This document shows positions 18,618 to 28,169 of a stretch of DNA of 64,000 nt, in pieces. The notes below the pieces were generated by a model. It saw only the letters and a list, made by a program, of their open reading frames with translations, did not search any database and was not told where the DNA came from. The first letter of the stretch is position 1; each line of letters begins with the position of its first letter. This DNA is from Candidatus Norongarragalinales archaeon (GTDB lineage: Archaea; Micrarchaeota; Micrarchaeia; Norongarragalinales; Norongarragalinaceae): assembly GCA_038884755.1 (NCBI GenBank), contig JAWABJ010000001.1, forward strand, positions 192,001 through 256,000, written 5' to 3'. A program made the translations under genes and the position numbers.

Positions 18618-20681
18618 ATGCTAGCCGCCGAAGCCACGCAAATCCCGATAGTAGAAATAGGCGTGATAGTCTTGGCGGCGCTGTTTTTCGGGATAATCGC
18701 CTCGCGATTGCGCCTTCCCACTTCCATAGGCTACATAATTGCAGGCTTTCTCCTCGGCCCCCAAGTTTTTCATTTCCTGACGCCGAACGAGGGTATCGCG
18801 CAGCTGTTCGGCGAAATAGGCCTTTTGCTCTTGCTTTTCTATCTGGGTTTGGAATTGAGCATAAAGAAATTCAAGGAAAGCGGCGCCTTGGCGTCCATAA
18901 TAGCTTTCGTTGAAATGGGAATACCATTTTTGTTCTCTTTCCTCGTTGCACTCGCGTTCGGCTTTGGCTTTACCGAAGCGCTGGTCATAGGCGCGATGCT
19001 CACTGCGACAAGCACGGTCATGGTAACGAAATTCATGTTCGACCGGCGCATAGAAAAGGAGCCTGAATCGAGGCTGGGGATTTCCATTCTCGTCGTCGAA
19101 GACTTTTTCGCCATTCTCGTTTTGGCTTTCCTGTTCAGCATTTCCAACGCCGTTTCGTTCAAGCAAACGCTCTTGAATGGCGTTCTTTTCGTTGTCGCGA
19201 TGTTTTTCGTCGTAAGCCGCGTCACGCGCTTCGTATCGAGCTTTTTCGAGCGGCACGGGAAGACGAGCGTAATGACGCTCTTCGCCTTGGGCGTGGGCAT
19301 AATGGTCGCCTACTTCAGCTCTTACCTCGGGCTTACCATAGCGTTGGGCGCCTACTTCGCGGGTTTTGCGCTGACCGAAACGCCTTTCGGCGAGAGGGTG
19401 AAAAAGGAAATTGGCTTCATGCGCGAGTTTTTCATACTCTTCTTTTTCGTTGGCTTTGGAACTACGGTAACCACACCTTCTTCCGGCTCGCTCGTCCTAG
19501 TCTTCGCTCTAGTGGCTTTCTACATCCTCGCTAAAATCATCGCCTACGGGTTTTTCGCGACGGCGTTCGGCTTGGGCATGAACTCGGCAATAAAGCTCGG
19601 CATGATGATGATTCCCATAGGCGAGTTCAGTCTGATAATCGCGGCGGCTTCCGCGCCTTTCATGCGCAATGCCGGCGAAATAATCTCTATAGCGTTCCTC
19701 CTCACTATAGTTTCCACGCTGATTTCTCCCGTGCTTTTCGACAATTCCAAGCGCATAGCTGAATTAGTGTCGTCGTTGTACCCGAAAAAACTGCGCAAGT
19801 CGATAAACGCCTTGGGAAAGGAACTGCATTCGCTGGAAAAAGTTTCGCAAAACCCCGCGTTCCAAAACGAATTATCGCGGGCTTTGGAAAGCTTCGTTTT
19901 GAATTCGGTAGTGGCGTTGGCGATAGTCTACATGAGCTTCCTCGCTTCTTTCAACGTCGACCTGAGCTTCATTCCTTTCCTCCCTCCGGAAATTTCCATC
20001 AACGTCTTGATACTGCCTTTAGTTTTCTGGCCAATATACAAGGCAATCAATGACTTGAAGTTCATCGCTTACTCCGCAGTCTCGCAGTGGTCACGCCAGC
20101 ACTTTCCGTACTGGAAGAGGCACCACGACGCGGGTATTGCCGCGTCGGAAATAATCACTTCTTTCGTCCTTACACTGGCGGGTGTTTTCGCGTGCTTTCT
20201 CTTCTACTTTACTAGCACCGAGCTCTTGCTTGTCCCCCTTCTTTTCACGCTGCTCGCGCTCATGTACTTGAGCAAGAGCATTTACTCGCTGTTCGAACAG
20301 GCGGAAGATTTACAGGCGGTTGCCGAAAGCGGCGGCGTTTCGGGAAAGGAAGTGCTTTCCTTGAGCAGGGAACTGCGGATGCGCGCTCAGAAAATCGCCG
20401 AGTTGAACGAAGAGCGCGAAAAATCCTTGAGGGAAATCCGCGCGGCGCTGGGCGCGGGGAAAATGGCGAAAGCGCGCTCGGAAATGCAGCACTTCAAAAA
20501 GCGCGAGGCGGCAATCCTGGCAAAACTCGAAGGCGCGGAAAAACGATTGGAAAAGAAAGAATTCGCCGCGCTTTCGCGCGAGGAGACTGCCACGAAAAAA
20601 GCGCTGGAAAGTTATTTCCTTAAGCAAGCCCCGCGCATCCTAGGCGAAAAGCGCAAGTCTTCGAAAAAGCCCAAGCGTTGA
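18618..20681 (+). CDS. CPA2 (Kef-type) cation:proton antiporter with C-terminal membrane and coiled-coil extension
   Basis: GYIIAGFLLGP, GLLLLLFYLGLE, TATSTVMV, ILVVEDF, PIGEFSLII. Confidence 0.9.
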   Translation: MLAAEATQIPIVEIGVIVLAALFFGIIASRLRLPTSIGYIIAGFLLGPQVFHFLTPNEGIAQLFGEIGLLLLLFYLGLELSIKKFKESGALASIIAFVEMGIPFLFSFLVALAFGFGFTEALVIGAMLTATSTVMVTKFMFDRRIEKEPESRLGISILVVEDFFAILVLAFLFSISNAVSFKQTLLNGVLFVVAMFFVVSRVTRFVSSFFERHGKTSVMTLFALGVGIMVAYFSSYLGLTIALGAYFAGFALTETPFGERVKKEIGFMREFFILFFFVGFGTTVTTPSSGSLVLVFALVAFYILAKIIAYGFFATAFGLGMNSAIKLGMMMIPIGEFSLIIAAASAPFMRNAGEIISIAFLLTIVSTLISPVLFDNSKRIAELVSSLYPKKLRKSINALGKELHSLEKVSQNPAFQNELSRALESFVLNSVVALAIVYMSFLASFNVDLSFIPFLPPEISINVLILPLVFWPIYKAINDLKFIAYSAVSQWSRQHFPYWKRHHDAGIAASEIITSFVLTLAGVFACFLFYFTSTELLLVPLLFTLLALMYLSKSIYSLFEQAEDLQAVAESGGVSGKEVLSLSRELRMRAQKIAELNEEREKSLREIRAALGAGKMAKARSEMQHFKKREAAILAKLEGAEKRLEKKEFAALSREETATKKALESYFLKQAPRILGEKRKSSKKPKR

Positions 20682-20712
20682 ACTAATAAACTCCAGTGAA
20701 CAAAATTTTGTT

Positions 20713-20769
20713 TAGTGATGATAACTGAACAACCTCTGAACCGATGATGAGGCTGATAGCGTCTGATCC
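20713..20769 (+). ncRNA. C/D box guide sRNA (dual guide)
   Basis: C GTGATGA 20715-21; guide 20722-35; D' CTGA 20736-39; C' ATGATGA 20744-50; guide 20751-62; D CTGA 20763-66; TAATAAA at 20684-90. Confidence 0.88.
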
Positions 20770-20842
20770 AGGAGAAACTACGTTTCTCCCTGGAACCCTC
20801 TTCCTGCGACGAAATTAATACTCCCGACTTCATTCTTTTTTC

Positions 20843-21535
20843 ATGCCGGATTTTGACCAACAGGAAATTTGGGAGAAAGAGCATTCCAAACCCTTAGTCT
20901 TGCCTCAGATGAGTAAAGAAGATGCTTCTGGGGGTGTTGTCGAATTCTACTCATGGCTTGCAAGAAATAGTCTTACAAGCGAATTGTCTGGAGTAGAAAT
21001 GGGGTGTGGAAAGGGAAGAAACTGCTTGTGGTTGGCAAAACAAGGAGTCAAAATGACTGGTTTCGACTTTTCGAAAAATGCAATTTCAGAAGCTCGAAAA
21101 AAAGCTGGAAAAACGGGCTTACAGAATGCGTTTTTTTTAGTTCACGATGCCACCAAAAAATGGCCTTTCGATAACGAGGCTTTCGACATTGGTATAGACT
21201 GCTTTGCATCAACCGACATAGATTCTCTTGAAGGAAGAACCTTCGCGAGGGATGAATTCAAGCGAGTAATCAAGAAAAGCGGCTTTCTGCTCGTGTATAC
21301 ACTCTCGACTGACGACGAATTTCACAAGCAAATGGTTGAAGAATATCCTGCAGGAGAAAGGAACAGTTTCAGGCATCCGCAAACCGGAAAATTCGAGAAA
21401 ATATTCGACAGAAACGAGATTTTTGATTTTTACCGAAATTTCAAACTAATCGAAGAGTGCAGGATAGAGAAGGATGAGGTCTTTTTTGGAAAAAGCTATC
21501 GATGCAAGCATTTTTGGCTGGTATTTCAAAAGTAG
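20843..21535 (+). CDS. Class I SAM-dependent methyltransferase
   Basis: VEMGCGKGRN, GFDFSKNAI; visibly more AT-rich than its neighbours. Confidence 0.88.
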   Translation: MPDFDQQEIWEKEHSKPLVLPQMSKEDASGGVVEFYSWLARNSLTSELSGVEMGCGKGRNCLWLAKQGVKMTGFDFSKNAISEARKKAGKTGLQNAFFLVHDATKKWPFDNEAFDIGIDCFASTDIDSLEGRTFARDEFKRVIKKSGFLLVYTLSTDDEFHKQMVEEYPAGERNSFRHPQTGKFEKIFDRNEIFDFYRNFKLIEECRIEKDEVFFGKSYRCKHFWLVFQK

Positions 21536-21549
21536 GTCTTTGTGGTTAA

Positions 21550-21831
21550 ATGCACTACCGGATTTTGGTTGAAGGCAGGGTGCAGGGCGTCGGGTATAGG
21601 GCTTTCGTGAAAAGCGCCGCCTGCGCGCTGGGAGTAAAAGGTTTTGTTCGTAATTTGGAAGACGGGCGGGTGGAAATAAACTGCGAGTGCGGCGAGAGCG
21701 TTTTGAAAGATTTTTTGAAGAAACTCGAGCGCAAGAGCGAAGGCTTCGCCGGAATTCACGTTGAGCGGCTGGCTGTGGAAAAAACCGCTTCCCCTCGAGA
21801 AGGCTTTTCTTCGTTCGAAATACGGTTTTGA
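21550..21831 (+). CDS. acyP: Acylphosphatase
   Basis: [21 protein letters not shown]. Confidence 0.96.
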   Translation: MHYRILVEGRVQGVGYRAFVKSAACALGVKGFVRNLEDGRVEINCECGESVLKDFLKKLERKSEGFAGIHVERLAVEKTASPREGFSSFEIRF

Positions 21832-21910
21832 GTCTTTTTTTGCGCAAGAACTGGTTTTTATACCTCGGCAATTACGTTTATCTTAACGGTTTTTCCACGG
21901 AGGGGATTCG

Positions 21911-24900
21911 GTGCAGGAACGCGCGTTTTTCGCCTTGTTTTCGATTATGATTTTGAGCGGGCTTGTTTTCGCCGCCTCTTCCACGCCAATCCCCGAAAAA
22001 AAGCTTTTCGAAACCAACGACATGCTGTCAGTCCAGTTTCCGCAAAGCGCCTCGTACGAAATCAAGGACGGGAACAAGCTTTACTTCAACGAGCCGGTAA
22101 AAGAAGTTTACCTGCATTATTTCTCGGGCGGAAGCGAAACGAGGCAGACGCTTTACAAGGTCGGGCGCATTGATGTTTGGCCGAAATTCGAAATGCTGGT
22201 TTTCGACAACACTTCGCAGTCGACGATGGTCGTTTTGAAAGACAAGCGCACGACTGTGCAGACGGCCGTGCGCTTCAGGGCGGTTTTCTACGAAACTTCC
22301 GTTTCTTCTGCAGCACCAGCGCAGGACTCTCCGGTCACAACCCCTTCCGCAGTCTGTCCTTTCGTTTACGGGTTTAAGAAAGACGGGGCAATAGCCGGCT
22401 TCAGGCTCAGCGACAACGGAACCGCTAAAGACCTGAAGACCGTGGTTTTCGGTGAAACGGATGCGGTCGATTACACCCTCCTGTGGCCTTCGGGCGAAAG
22501 CACGGTGAAGAAATTCAACGTAAAGAGAATAGAACTCTTGACTGCCACGCAAGGCAACGCGAAGAAGGAAGTTTCCGACACCAAAACCTCGTACTCGTTC
22601 GCTTCGCCCGTTATTATCCTGGTCACTCCCGAGAACGGGAAACAATTCGTGGCTGCAGTAAAGAAAATGACTTTCTCGTCCAAATCGAGCGTGGAAAAGG
22701 CGTTCCAGTTCGGCGCTCCTGACGTGGGCAACGTCAAGACCGAATACACTACCGGCGCTTTGGCAGTCCAATCGCGCGAAAAGCCGTTTTCGTTCAATTT
22801 GGTTGAAGACCAGCGGGTTTCTTCCTTCGACTGGGACCCTTCGAGCGCCTCGTGCTATCCAGTTTTCGTCGAGGGCGCGGAAAAGCCAGTTTGGGTGAGG
22901 GACTTGAGTTGGGAGAGCGCGCCTTCGTACGCCGGTTCGAGAGCCGGGAACGCGCAAGGCTGCGCCGCGCAGTTGGGAAGGTGCATTACCGAAACGACCG
23001 CCAACCTTTACAAGCTTAAGTTTTCTTCCGAAACTAAAGTCACGCTGGTTTCGTGCAACGTGCTTCAAGACAATCCCGTTGCGAAAGCCAAACTCGGCGA
23101 AGTTGAATTCGATTTGGTCGCGCTGTTCGACAAGAAGCCCGAGTTCGTTTTCGACGGGGCTAAGTTCGAATTCAAGTATTCGTTCAGGCAAGGCAACGCG
23201 AAAGACTTCGGAATCAACAACGGCGTTTGGCACGTGGTTTACGACCCTGCTGCCTTCGATTACTACCACTCTTTGAACAAGAACGGCGGCGTGCCTTCTG
23301 CAGTGCCGCGCCACGAGGACGAGGCTTACGCGCCTCAAAACCACTACTGCCCTAGCGCCGGCGTGAATTCCTACACCCTAATGAACAGCGGGGATTATCT
23401 CGCCAGAATGTGGATTGCCGGCACGCAAGGCGATTTGGTTTTGAGCGAGAGCCTCGTGCGCTTGGTCCACTCCCCCTCCACCTTCGGCCAGTTCCTGCTC
23501 GCACACCGCTCTTCCGACGTTGTGCAGGAAAACTTCCAATTCCGCACGAACTACGTTGAAGCGCGGAACGCGCCGAAAGCGCTTTTGTTCAACAATCTTT
23601 TATACTCGGTTTTTTCCTTGTCTCCAGCAACCTCCAGCTCTGCCGCCGGTTTCCTTGCAAGCGTAAAGGATGCTGCAACCAACAACGCGGTTTTAGACGT
23701 CGTGAATCCGGGCGCGTTCGGAAGCGTAGGAAAAATTTCTTTGAGGAACGTTTTCTACACCGGATACAAGATTTCCTTGAAATCAAAAGACGACAAGTTT
23801 GAAGGGGTTGCTTTTACCATTCTCCAGCCAAAGTCTGCCGGAGCTCCAGGCGCCGATTGCGAATCTTCATTCTTCAACCCGTCGGCTCAGTCGAGCAAAA
23901 AGTGTTTTGACGCCGCGCCGTTCTGCTGGGGGTATTTGAGCGGCAGCGGAACTCCCTTCGGAAACTATCGCTGTTACCCTGTTTCCGCAGGCAACGGCTA
24001 TCCTGCCGCGGACGCTTACGCATGCAAGGGAACGGTTTATTCCGACCTGAACGCGCAGACGCGAGAGCACGGGACCGTGTATTTGAAGTACGCCGAAGGC
24101 AAAGGGCATTGCTCCAACAACCAGCGGGCTGAAGAGTTGATTAAAGACGGCAGTTGCAAGAAAACGCCTTTGGAAAACATTTCTTACGTCGTAACCAAAG
24201 ACGGCAAGGAAATGACTTACAAAGTGAAAGTGCTGGACTGCTCTGCAAGGTATTCCGACGCGAACGCTGGCGGAGCCGGCGGTAGGGACAGGCCGCCTGC
24301 GGCCGGAACCGGAAGGGCGTCCATTCCCGCACTCGAATCTTCAGGCGGCCTTTCGGTGAAAACCCCCGCCCAGAAGGTGAAAGAATGCCGCAGCCAAGGC
24401 GCGGGCTTCGACTGCAGGAACGTGAACGCTTGCGACCCTGCCTCGATAAAACGCGGCTTGTGTCCGGGCGGTGACGACAACGTGTGCTGCAAGGCAAAAG
24501 GACAGGATTCCGAAAAGTGCGAAACCCTTCCTGTTTCCGAGTGCAAGAAACAACCTTCGTGCGAAGTGAAAAGCTCCGGAGGCGTAGATTCTTGCGTCCC
24601 GAAGGCGTCTTCCTCGGAAACTTGCGAAACCCTTTCACCCTCCGAATGCCGCAAGAATTCGAAGTGCGTGGTAATACCGACGACAACCTACGGCAACGCT
24701 TGCATTTCGAAATCAAACGCACCGTCGTGCTCTTCGATAGGCGTTTCGCGATGTAGCTCGTACGAATACTGCGAGGTTATAGACACTACCTACGGCAAAG
24801 CGTGCGTCGAAAAATCGGCTGCAACGCCGAAGCCTCCAAAAACCTGGAACCTGCCTGACGGCAAAACCTGTTCCGACATTCTCAAGCAACAGGATTGCGT

Positions 24901-25462
24901 GAAGTACTACCAGTGCGATTGGACTAGAGACCAGTACGGCGTTTGGTCTTGCGACGTGAAAGCCGGAAACGCCCGCGACTCGTGCGAGGCCGTGGGAGGC
25001 TGGAGCTGCAACGCCGCCTCTGCCTGCGTGCCTTCGACCGCTGACAAGCGCGGGGCGGGAACGTGCCCGTACGGGACAGTGTGCTGCCAGCCGCTCAAAT
25101 CCCTGCCTTCAGGCGAAACCTGCTACTCCATAAGCCCGTCGCTTTGCTTGCAGTACCGCTCTTGCGAACTGATAGACGCGTCTTTCTACGGCAAAGCATG
25201 CGTGCCCAAAACCGCACCGAAAGGCTCTTTGTTCCTACCCGCAAGCAAAAGCTGCTCTTCCATAAGTGAAACCGATTGCCTGAAGTACGTGGAATGCACT
25301 TTGCAGTACAAGTTCGGCACATCCATTTGCGTGACTAAAACTGGCTACTGGAAACTGCCTGCTGGAAAAACCTGCAGCAGCATAAGCAATTCGGAGTGCA
25401 ATTACTACAGCAAGTGCAAGCTTGCAAGCACGGTAGGCGGGACTTTCTGCCAGGAAAAGTGA
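21911..25462 (+). CDS. Large secreted protein (1183 aa) with C-terminal Cys-rich repeats
   Basis: Signal peptide; seven 4-Cys repeats and two 6-Cys modules ending in CC; no C-terminal TM. Confidence 0.8.
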   Translation: MQERAFFALFSIMILSGLVFAASSTPIPEKKLFETNDMLSVQFPQSASYEIKDGNKLYFNEPVKEVYLHYFSGGSETRQTLYKVGRIDVWPKFEMLVFDNTSQSTMVVLKDKRTTVQTAVRFRAVFYETSVSSAAPAQDSPVTTPSAVCPFVYGFKKDGAIAGFRLSDNGTAKDLKTVVFGETDAVDYTLLWPSGESTVKKFNVKRIELLTATQGNAKKEVSDTKTSYSFASPVIILVTPENGKQFVAAVKKMTFSSKSSVEKAFQFGAPDVGNVKTEYTTGALAVQSREKPFSFNLVEDQRVSSFDWDPSSASCYPVFVEGAEKPVWVRDLSWESAPSYAGSRAGNAQGCAAQLGRCITETTANLYKLKFSSETKVTLVSCNVLQDNPVAKAKLGEVEFDLVALFDKKPEFVFDGAKFEFKYSFRQGNAKDFGINNGVWHVVYDPAAFDYYHSLNKNGGVPSAVPRHEDEAYAPQNHYCPSAGVNSYTLMNSGDYLARMWIAGTQGDLVLSESLVRLVHSPSTFGQFLLAHRSSDVVQENFQFRTNYVEARNAPKALLFNNLLYSVFSLSPATSSSAAGFLASVKDAATNNAVLDVVNPGAFGSVGKISLRNVFYTGYKISLKSKDDKFEGVAFTILQPKSAGAPGADCESSFFNPSAQSSKKCFDAAPFCWGYLSGSGTPFGNYRCYPVSAGNGYPAADAYACKGTVYSDLNAQTREHGTVYLKYAEGKGHCSNNQRAEELIKDGSCKKTPLENISYVVTKDGKEMTYKVKVLDCSARYSDANAGGAGGRDRPPAAGTGRASIPALESSGGLSVKTPAQKVKECRSQGAGFDCRNVNACDPASIKRGLCPGGDDNVCCKAKGQDSEKCETLPVSECKKQPSCEVKSSGGVDSCVPKASSSETCETLSPSECRKNSKCVVIPTTTYGNACISKSNAPSCSSIGVSRCSSYEYCEVIDTTYGKACVEKSAATPKPPKTWNLPDGKTCSDILKQQDCVKYYQCDWTRDQYGVWSCDVKAGNARDSCEAVGGWSCNAASACVPSTADKRGAGTCPYGTVCCQPLKSLPSGETCYSISPSLCLQYRSCELIDASFYGKACVPKTAPKGSLFLPASKSCSSISETDCLKYVECTLQYKFGTSICVTKTGYWKLPAGKTCSSISNSECNYYSKCKLASTVGGTFCQEK

Positions 25463-25468
25463 GTTGCA

Positions 25469-25930
25469 ATGGGCAGCACCCGCTTGTTTCTGTTGGTTTT
25501 ACTTTTTTCCGCGGTCCTCTTCGCAGGCTGCGTTTCCAGCCAAAACCCAGCGGAAAGACAGGTCCAGAGTTCGGAAAACGCGCTGGAACTAGAGCGTTTT
25601 GTTGAAACGCAGGAAGAGCTGGACGCCTTCGACCAGGAATCTTTCTCCGAGTCCGAGAAAAAAATCTTGGAGGCAAACCAAGCGTACTTGGATTTCATTG
25701 GCGAGGCTGGAAAACTCAACAACCTCGCGTTCGACTGCGCAAATTTCGAGCTCTACCAGAAAAACCTCGACACCCTCCAGAACGCGATTGATGTAGGATT
25801 GCAGGCTGCAGGCGGACTGGGCGAGGGAAAGAAAACCGCTTGGAACGAATACTTTTTCGGCCTGCAGATGGAGAAAGACTCCGCGCAAAGCGACTTGGAC
25901 GAATTGTGCGGCGAGGAAACAAACTCTTAA
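25469..25930 (+). CDS. Acidic helical lipoprotein
   Basis: LFAGC lipobox after a hydrophobic stretch. Confidence 0.7.
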   Translation: MGSTRLFLLVLLFSAVLFAGCVSSQNPAERQVQSSENALELERFVETQEELDAFDQESFSESEKKILEANQAYLDFIGEAGKLNNLAFDCANFELYQKNLDTLQNAIDVGLQAAGGLGEGKKTAWNEYFFGLQMEKDSAQSDLDELCGEETNS

Positions 25931-26085
25931 AAGCCCGGTCCGACAAAATCTTTTTACGGAGATTGGAATGAACGGCGGTTTACTTCATCACTGTTTCTAG
26001 AAAGCCTTTAGTTAGTGCAAACTCCGTTGAAAATGTTTTTTGCGTTGCTGGCGGGAAACTCCCAGTTTCCAGCTTACGCAGTTAT

Positions 26086-26212
26086 GGCGCAGATGGTGTA
26101 GTGGTTAGCATCGGGGCTTGTGGTGGACTTCTTTCTTTTGGAAAAGAAAGACCTCCACTAGAAAGAAAACCGCAATCAGCCCTTGACCCGAGTTCGAATC
26201 TCGGTCTGCGCC
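26086..26212 (+). tRNA. tRNA-His(GTG) with encoded G-1 and a 54-nt intron at 37/38 (26124-26177)
   Basis: GCGCAGA/TCTGCGC acceptor stem; GGGGC-TT-GTG-G|intron|A-GCCCT; BHB central helix TTGT/GCAA with 3-nt bulges. Confidence 0.92.
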
Positions 26213-26291
26213 CTTTGCAAGCCCCGGGGAAAAGCGTTTCCCCTGGCGCTCGCTGCGCCTCGCCCCTTTTTTTTTTCAAAAGTGTTTTTAA

Positions 26292-26347
26292 TGCAGAAGT
26301 GCAGCGACACTTCTGCAGCTATAGAAATCGGCAAGCCGATTTCTATA
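26292..26347. promoter_or_regulatory. Two tandem perfect inverted repeats overlapping a TATA-like element upstream of the AbrB-like gene
   Basis: TGCAGAAGTG-n6-CACTTCTGCA and TATAGAAATCGGC-AA-GCCGATTTCTATA; TATATTAA at 26344. Confidence 0.5.
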
Positions 26348-26413
26348 TTAAGTGGGAAAGCGCGAATGATTGGATTTTAGCATTAACGAACGCGAGGTGA
26401 AGAAAGTTGAAAG

Positions 26414-26674
26414 GTGAATATCTTTGGAAGAAAAGCGGAGTTACCGGAGGTTTCCAAAGACCTCGCCCCGTTCTTCATCGCGTGCAAACTCGATTCTAAA
26501 GCGCGCCTGGTTTTGCCGTTGAGCATACGCGAGAAGCTCAGCGCAAGCAAGGGAGACACGGTTTTGCTTGAAATCTTTTCAGGAGGGACGGCCGCGGCTT
26601 TCGTCAGGTTTTCGAAAGGCGGGGGCAAAGGCTTGCGCCGGACTTCCAAAAACGGGTGGGAATCGTGCCCTTGA
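26414..26674 (+). CDS. AbrB/MazE/MraZ-like DNA-binding protein
   Basis: KLDSKARLVLPLSIREKL..KGDTV swapped-hairpin signature; GAGGTGA RBS. Confidence 0.75.
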   Translation: MNIFGRKAELPEVSKDLAPFFIACKLDSKARLVLPLSIREKLSASKGDTVLLEIFSGGTAAAFVRFSKGGGKGLRRTSKNGWESCP

Positions 26675-26790
26675 AAAAAAAGCTTGGGAAAGCCAAGTCT
26701 TTCGGAAAGTCGATAGGCGTCGCGCTTCCCACCGCGATTACGGTTAAAATACTCGTGGACGTAATATACGCGATAGCGGGATTGAAATGA
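26671..26790 (+). CDS. 39-aa microprotein coupled to both neighbours
   Basis: MKKKLGKAKSFGKSIGVALPTAITVKILVDVIYAIAGLK; TTGA overlap with the upstream stop, ATGA overlap with the hisS start, GGGTGGG RBS. Confidence 0.55.
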   Translation: MKKKLGKAKSFGKSIGVALPTAITVKILVDVIYAIAGLK

Positions 26791-28094
26791 CCGAACTCAC
26801 GCCGCCGCGCGGGACGCGCGATTTTCTTCCGCAGGAAAAGCTCTTGCGAAATTCGATAGCGCAAGCGCTGGAGAAAACGTTCCAGAATTACGGCTTCAAT
26901 CCGCTCGAGACGCCCGCGCTGGAGAATTACGACATTCTAGCGTCCAAGTTCGCCGGCGGCTCGGAAATACTGAAAGAAACGTATTCGCTTGAAGACCAGG
27001 GGAAACGGCGTTTGGGCTTGCGCTACGACTTGACCGTTCCTTTGGCGCGCGTTTTCGCGTCGCAAAAGCTCGCGATGCCGTTCAAGCGTTACGCTATCGC
27101 AAGCGTGTGGCGCGATGGGCCGGTAAAAGCAGGGCGCTACCGCGAATTCACCCAGTGTGATGTAGACGCCATAGGCGTTTTTTCAGTCAGGCAGGATGCG
27201 GAACTAGCCGCTTTGGCTTTCGACGCGTTCAAAGCTCTTGGGCTGGGCGTTTTCCTGAAAGTAAACAACCGCAAGCTGCTCGACGGCCTGCTGGATTTCC
27301 TGGGCGTTCCACTTGCAAAGAGGATTCCCGTGATTCTCGAGTTGGACAAGCTCGAGAAAATCGGCGCGCAAGGCGTGCTCAAGGAAATGGAAAAAACCCT
27401 CGAGCCGGGGTACGCGAAGGAAACAATAGGGCTTTTCGCCGAGCTGGAGAAGGAAAAAAGCTTGCGCGTGGTGGAAGGAATGGCTTTGAACGAGGAAGGC
27501 AAGCAGGGAGTCAAAGAGCTGAACGAGTTTTTCGATTCGCTTGAAGCATTTGGCGTTCCGAAAGGCTTTGCGATATTCTCGCCTGCTTTGGCAAGGGGAT
27601 TGAATTACTATACGGGCGTAGTTTTCGAGGCGTTCTTGAAGGAAAGCGAGGGCAGCGAAATAAAATCTTCGTTAGCGGCGGGAGGGCGTTACGACGATTT
27701 GATAGGGCGTTTTTCCGGCGCGAAAGAAAAGATTCCCGCGGTTGGAATAAGCTTCGGCTTGGACGTGATTGCCGAGGTGCTGAAGGAAAAAAACGTCGAG
27801 CTCGGAAGAAAGGAAAAGAAAACCGTAGTGAAAGTGTTAGTGGTGCCGTTCAAAAACTTTGCTTACGCCATCAAAGTGTCCCAAGAACTGCGCTCAAGGG
27901 GGATTTCTTGCCTGGTGGATTTGGACGGGAAGAGCGTGAGCAGGAACCTCGATTTTGCCGACAAGCAAGGCATTCCTTTCACCGTGTTTTGTGGCGAGCA
28001 GGAAGAGAAGGAAAAGAAAGTGAAAATGCGCGACATGATTTCGGGCAAGGAAGAGCTCGTTTCCCTGCCTTCCGCGCTAGTCAAGCTTTCCTGA
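26787..28094 (+). CDS. hisS: Histidine--tRNA ligase
   Basis: PRGTRDF, LRYDLTVP, GRYREFTQCD, LARGLNYYTG, GGRYD. Confidence 0.98.
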   Translation: MTELTPPRGTRDFLPQEKLLRNSIAQALEKTFQNYGFNPLETPALENYDILASKFAGGSEILKETYSLEDQGKRRLGLRYDLTVPLARVFASQKLAMPFKRYAIASVWRDGPVKAGRYREFTQCDVDAIGVFSVRQDAELAALAFDAFKALGLGVFLKVNNRKLLDGLLDFLGVPLAKRIPVILELDKLEKIGAQGVLKEMEKTLEPGYAKETIGLFAELEKEKSLRVVEGMALNEEGKQGVKELNEFFDSLEAFGVPKGFAIFSPALARGLNYYTGVVFEAFLKESEGSEIKSSLAAGGRYDDLIGRFSGAKEKIPAVGISFGLDVIAEVLKEKNVELGRKEKKTVVKVLVVPFKNFAYAIKVSQELRSRGISCLVDLDGKSVSRNLDFADKQGIPFTVFCGEQEEKEKKVKMRDMISGKEELVSLPSALVKLS

Positions 28095-28169
28095 AAGCCC
28101 CTATTGCGAAATGTTTTAAGCAATTCGCGATACTCATTCTTATTGTTTTTTTTTTTAAAGGGAAGAAAA

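Noticed and set aside
20843..21535. Idea that this methyltransferase works with the adjacent C/D sRNA
   Set aside because: C/D guides act through fibrillarin; this is a generic class I methyltransferase and adjacency alone is not evidence.
25935..25995. GTGATGA (box C-like) on the minus strand
   Set aside because: No CTGA D or D' boxes at suitable spacing.
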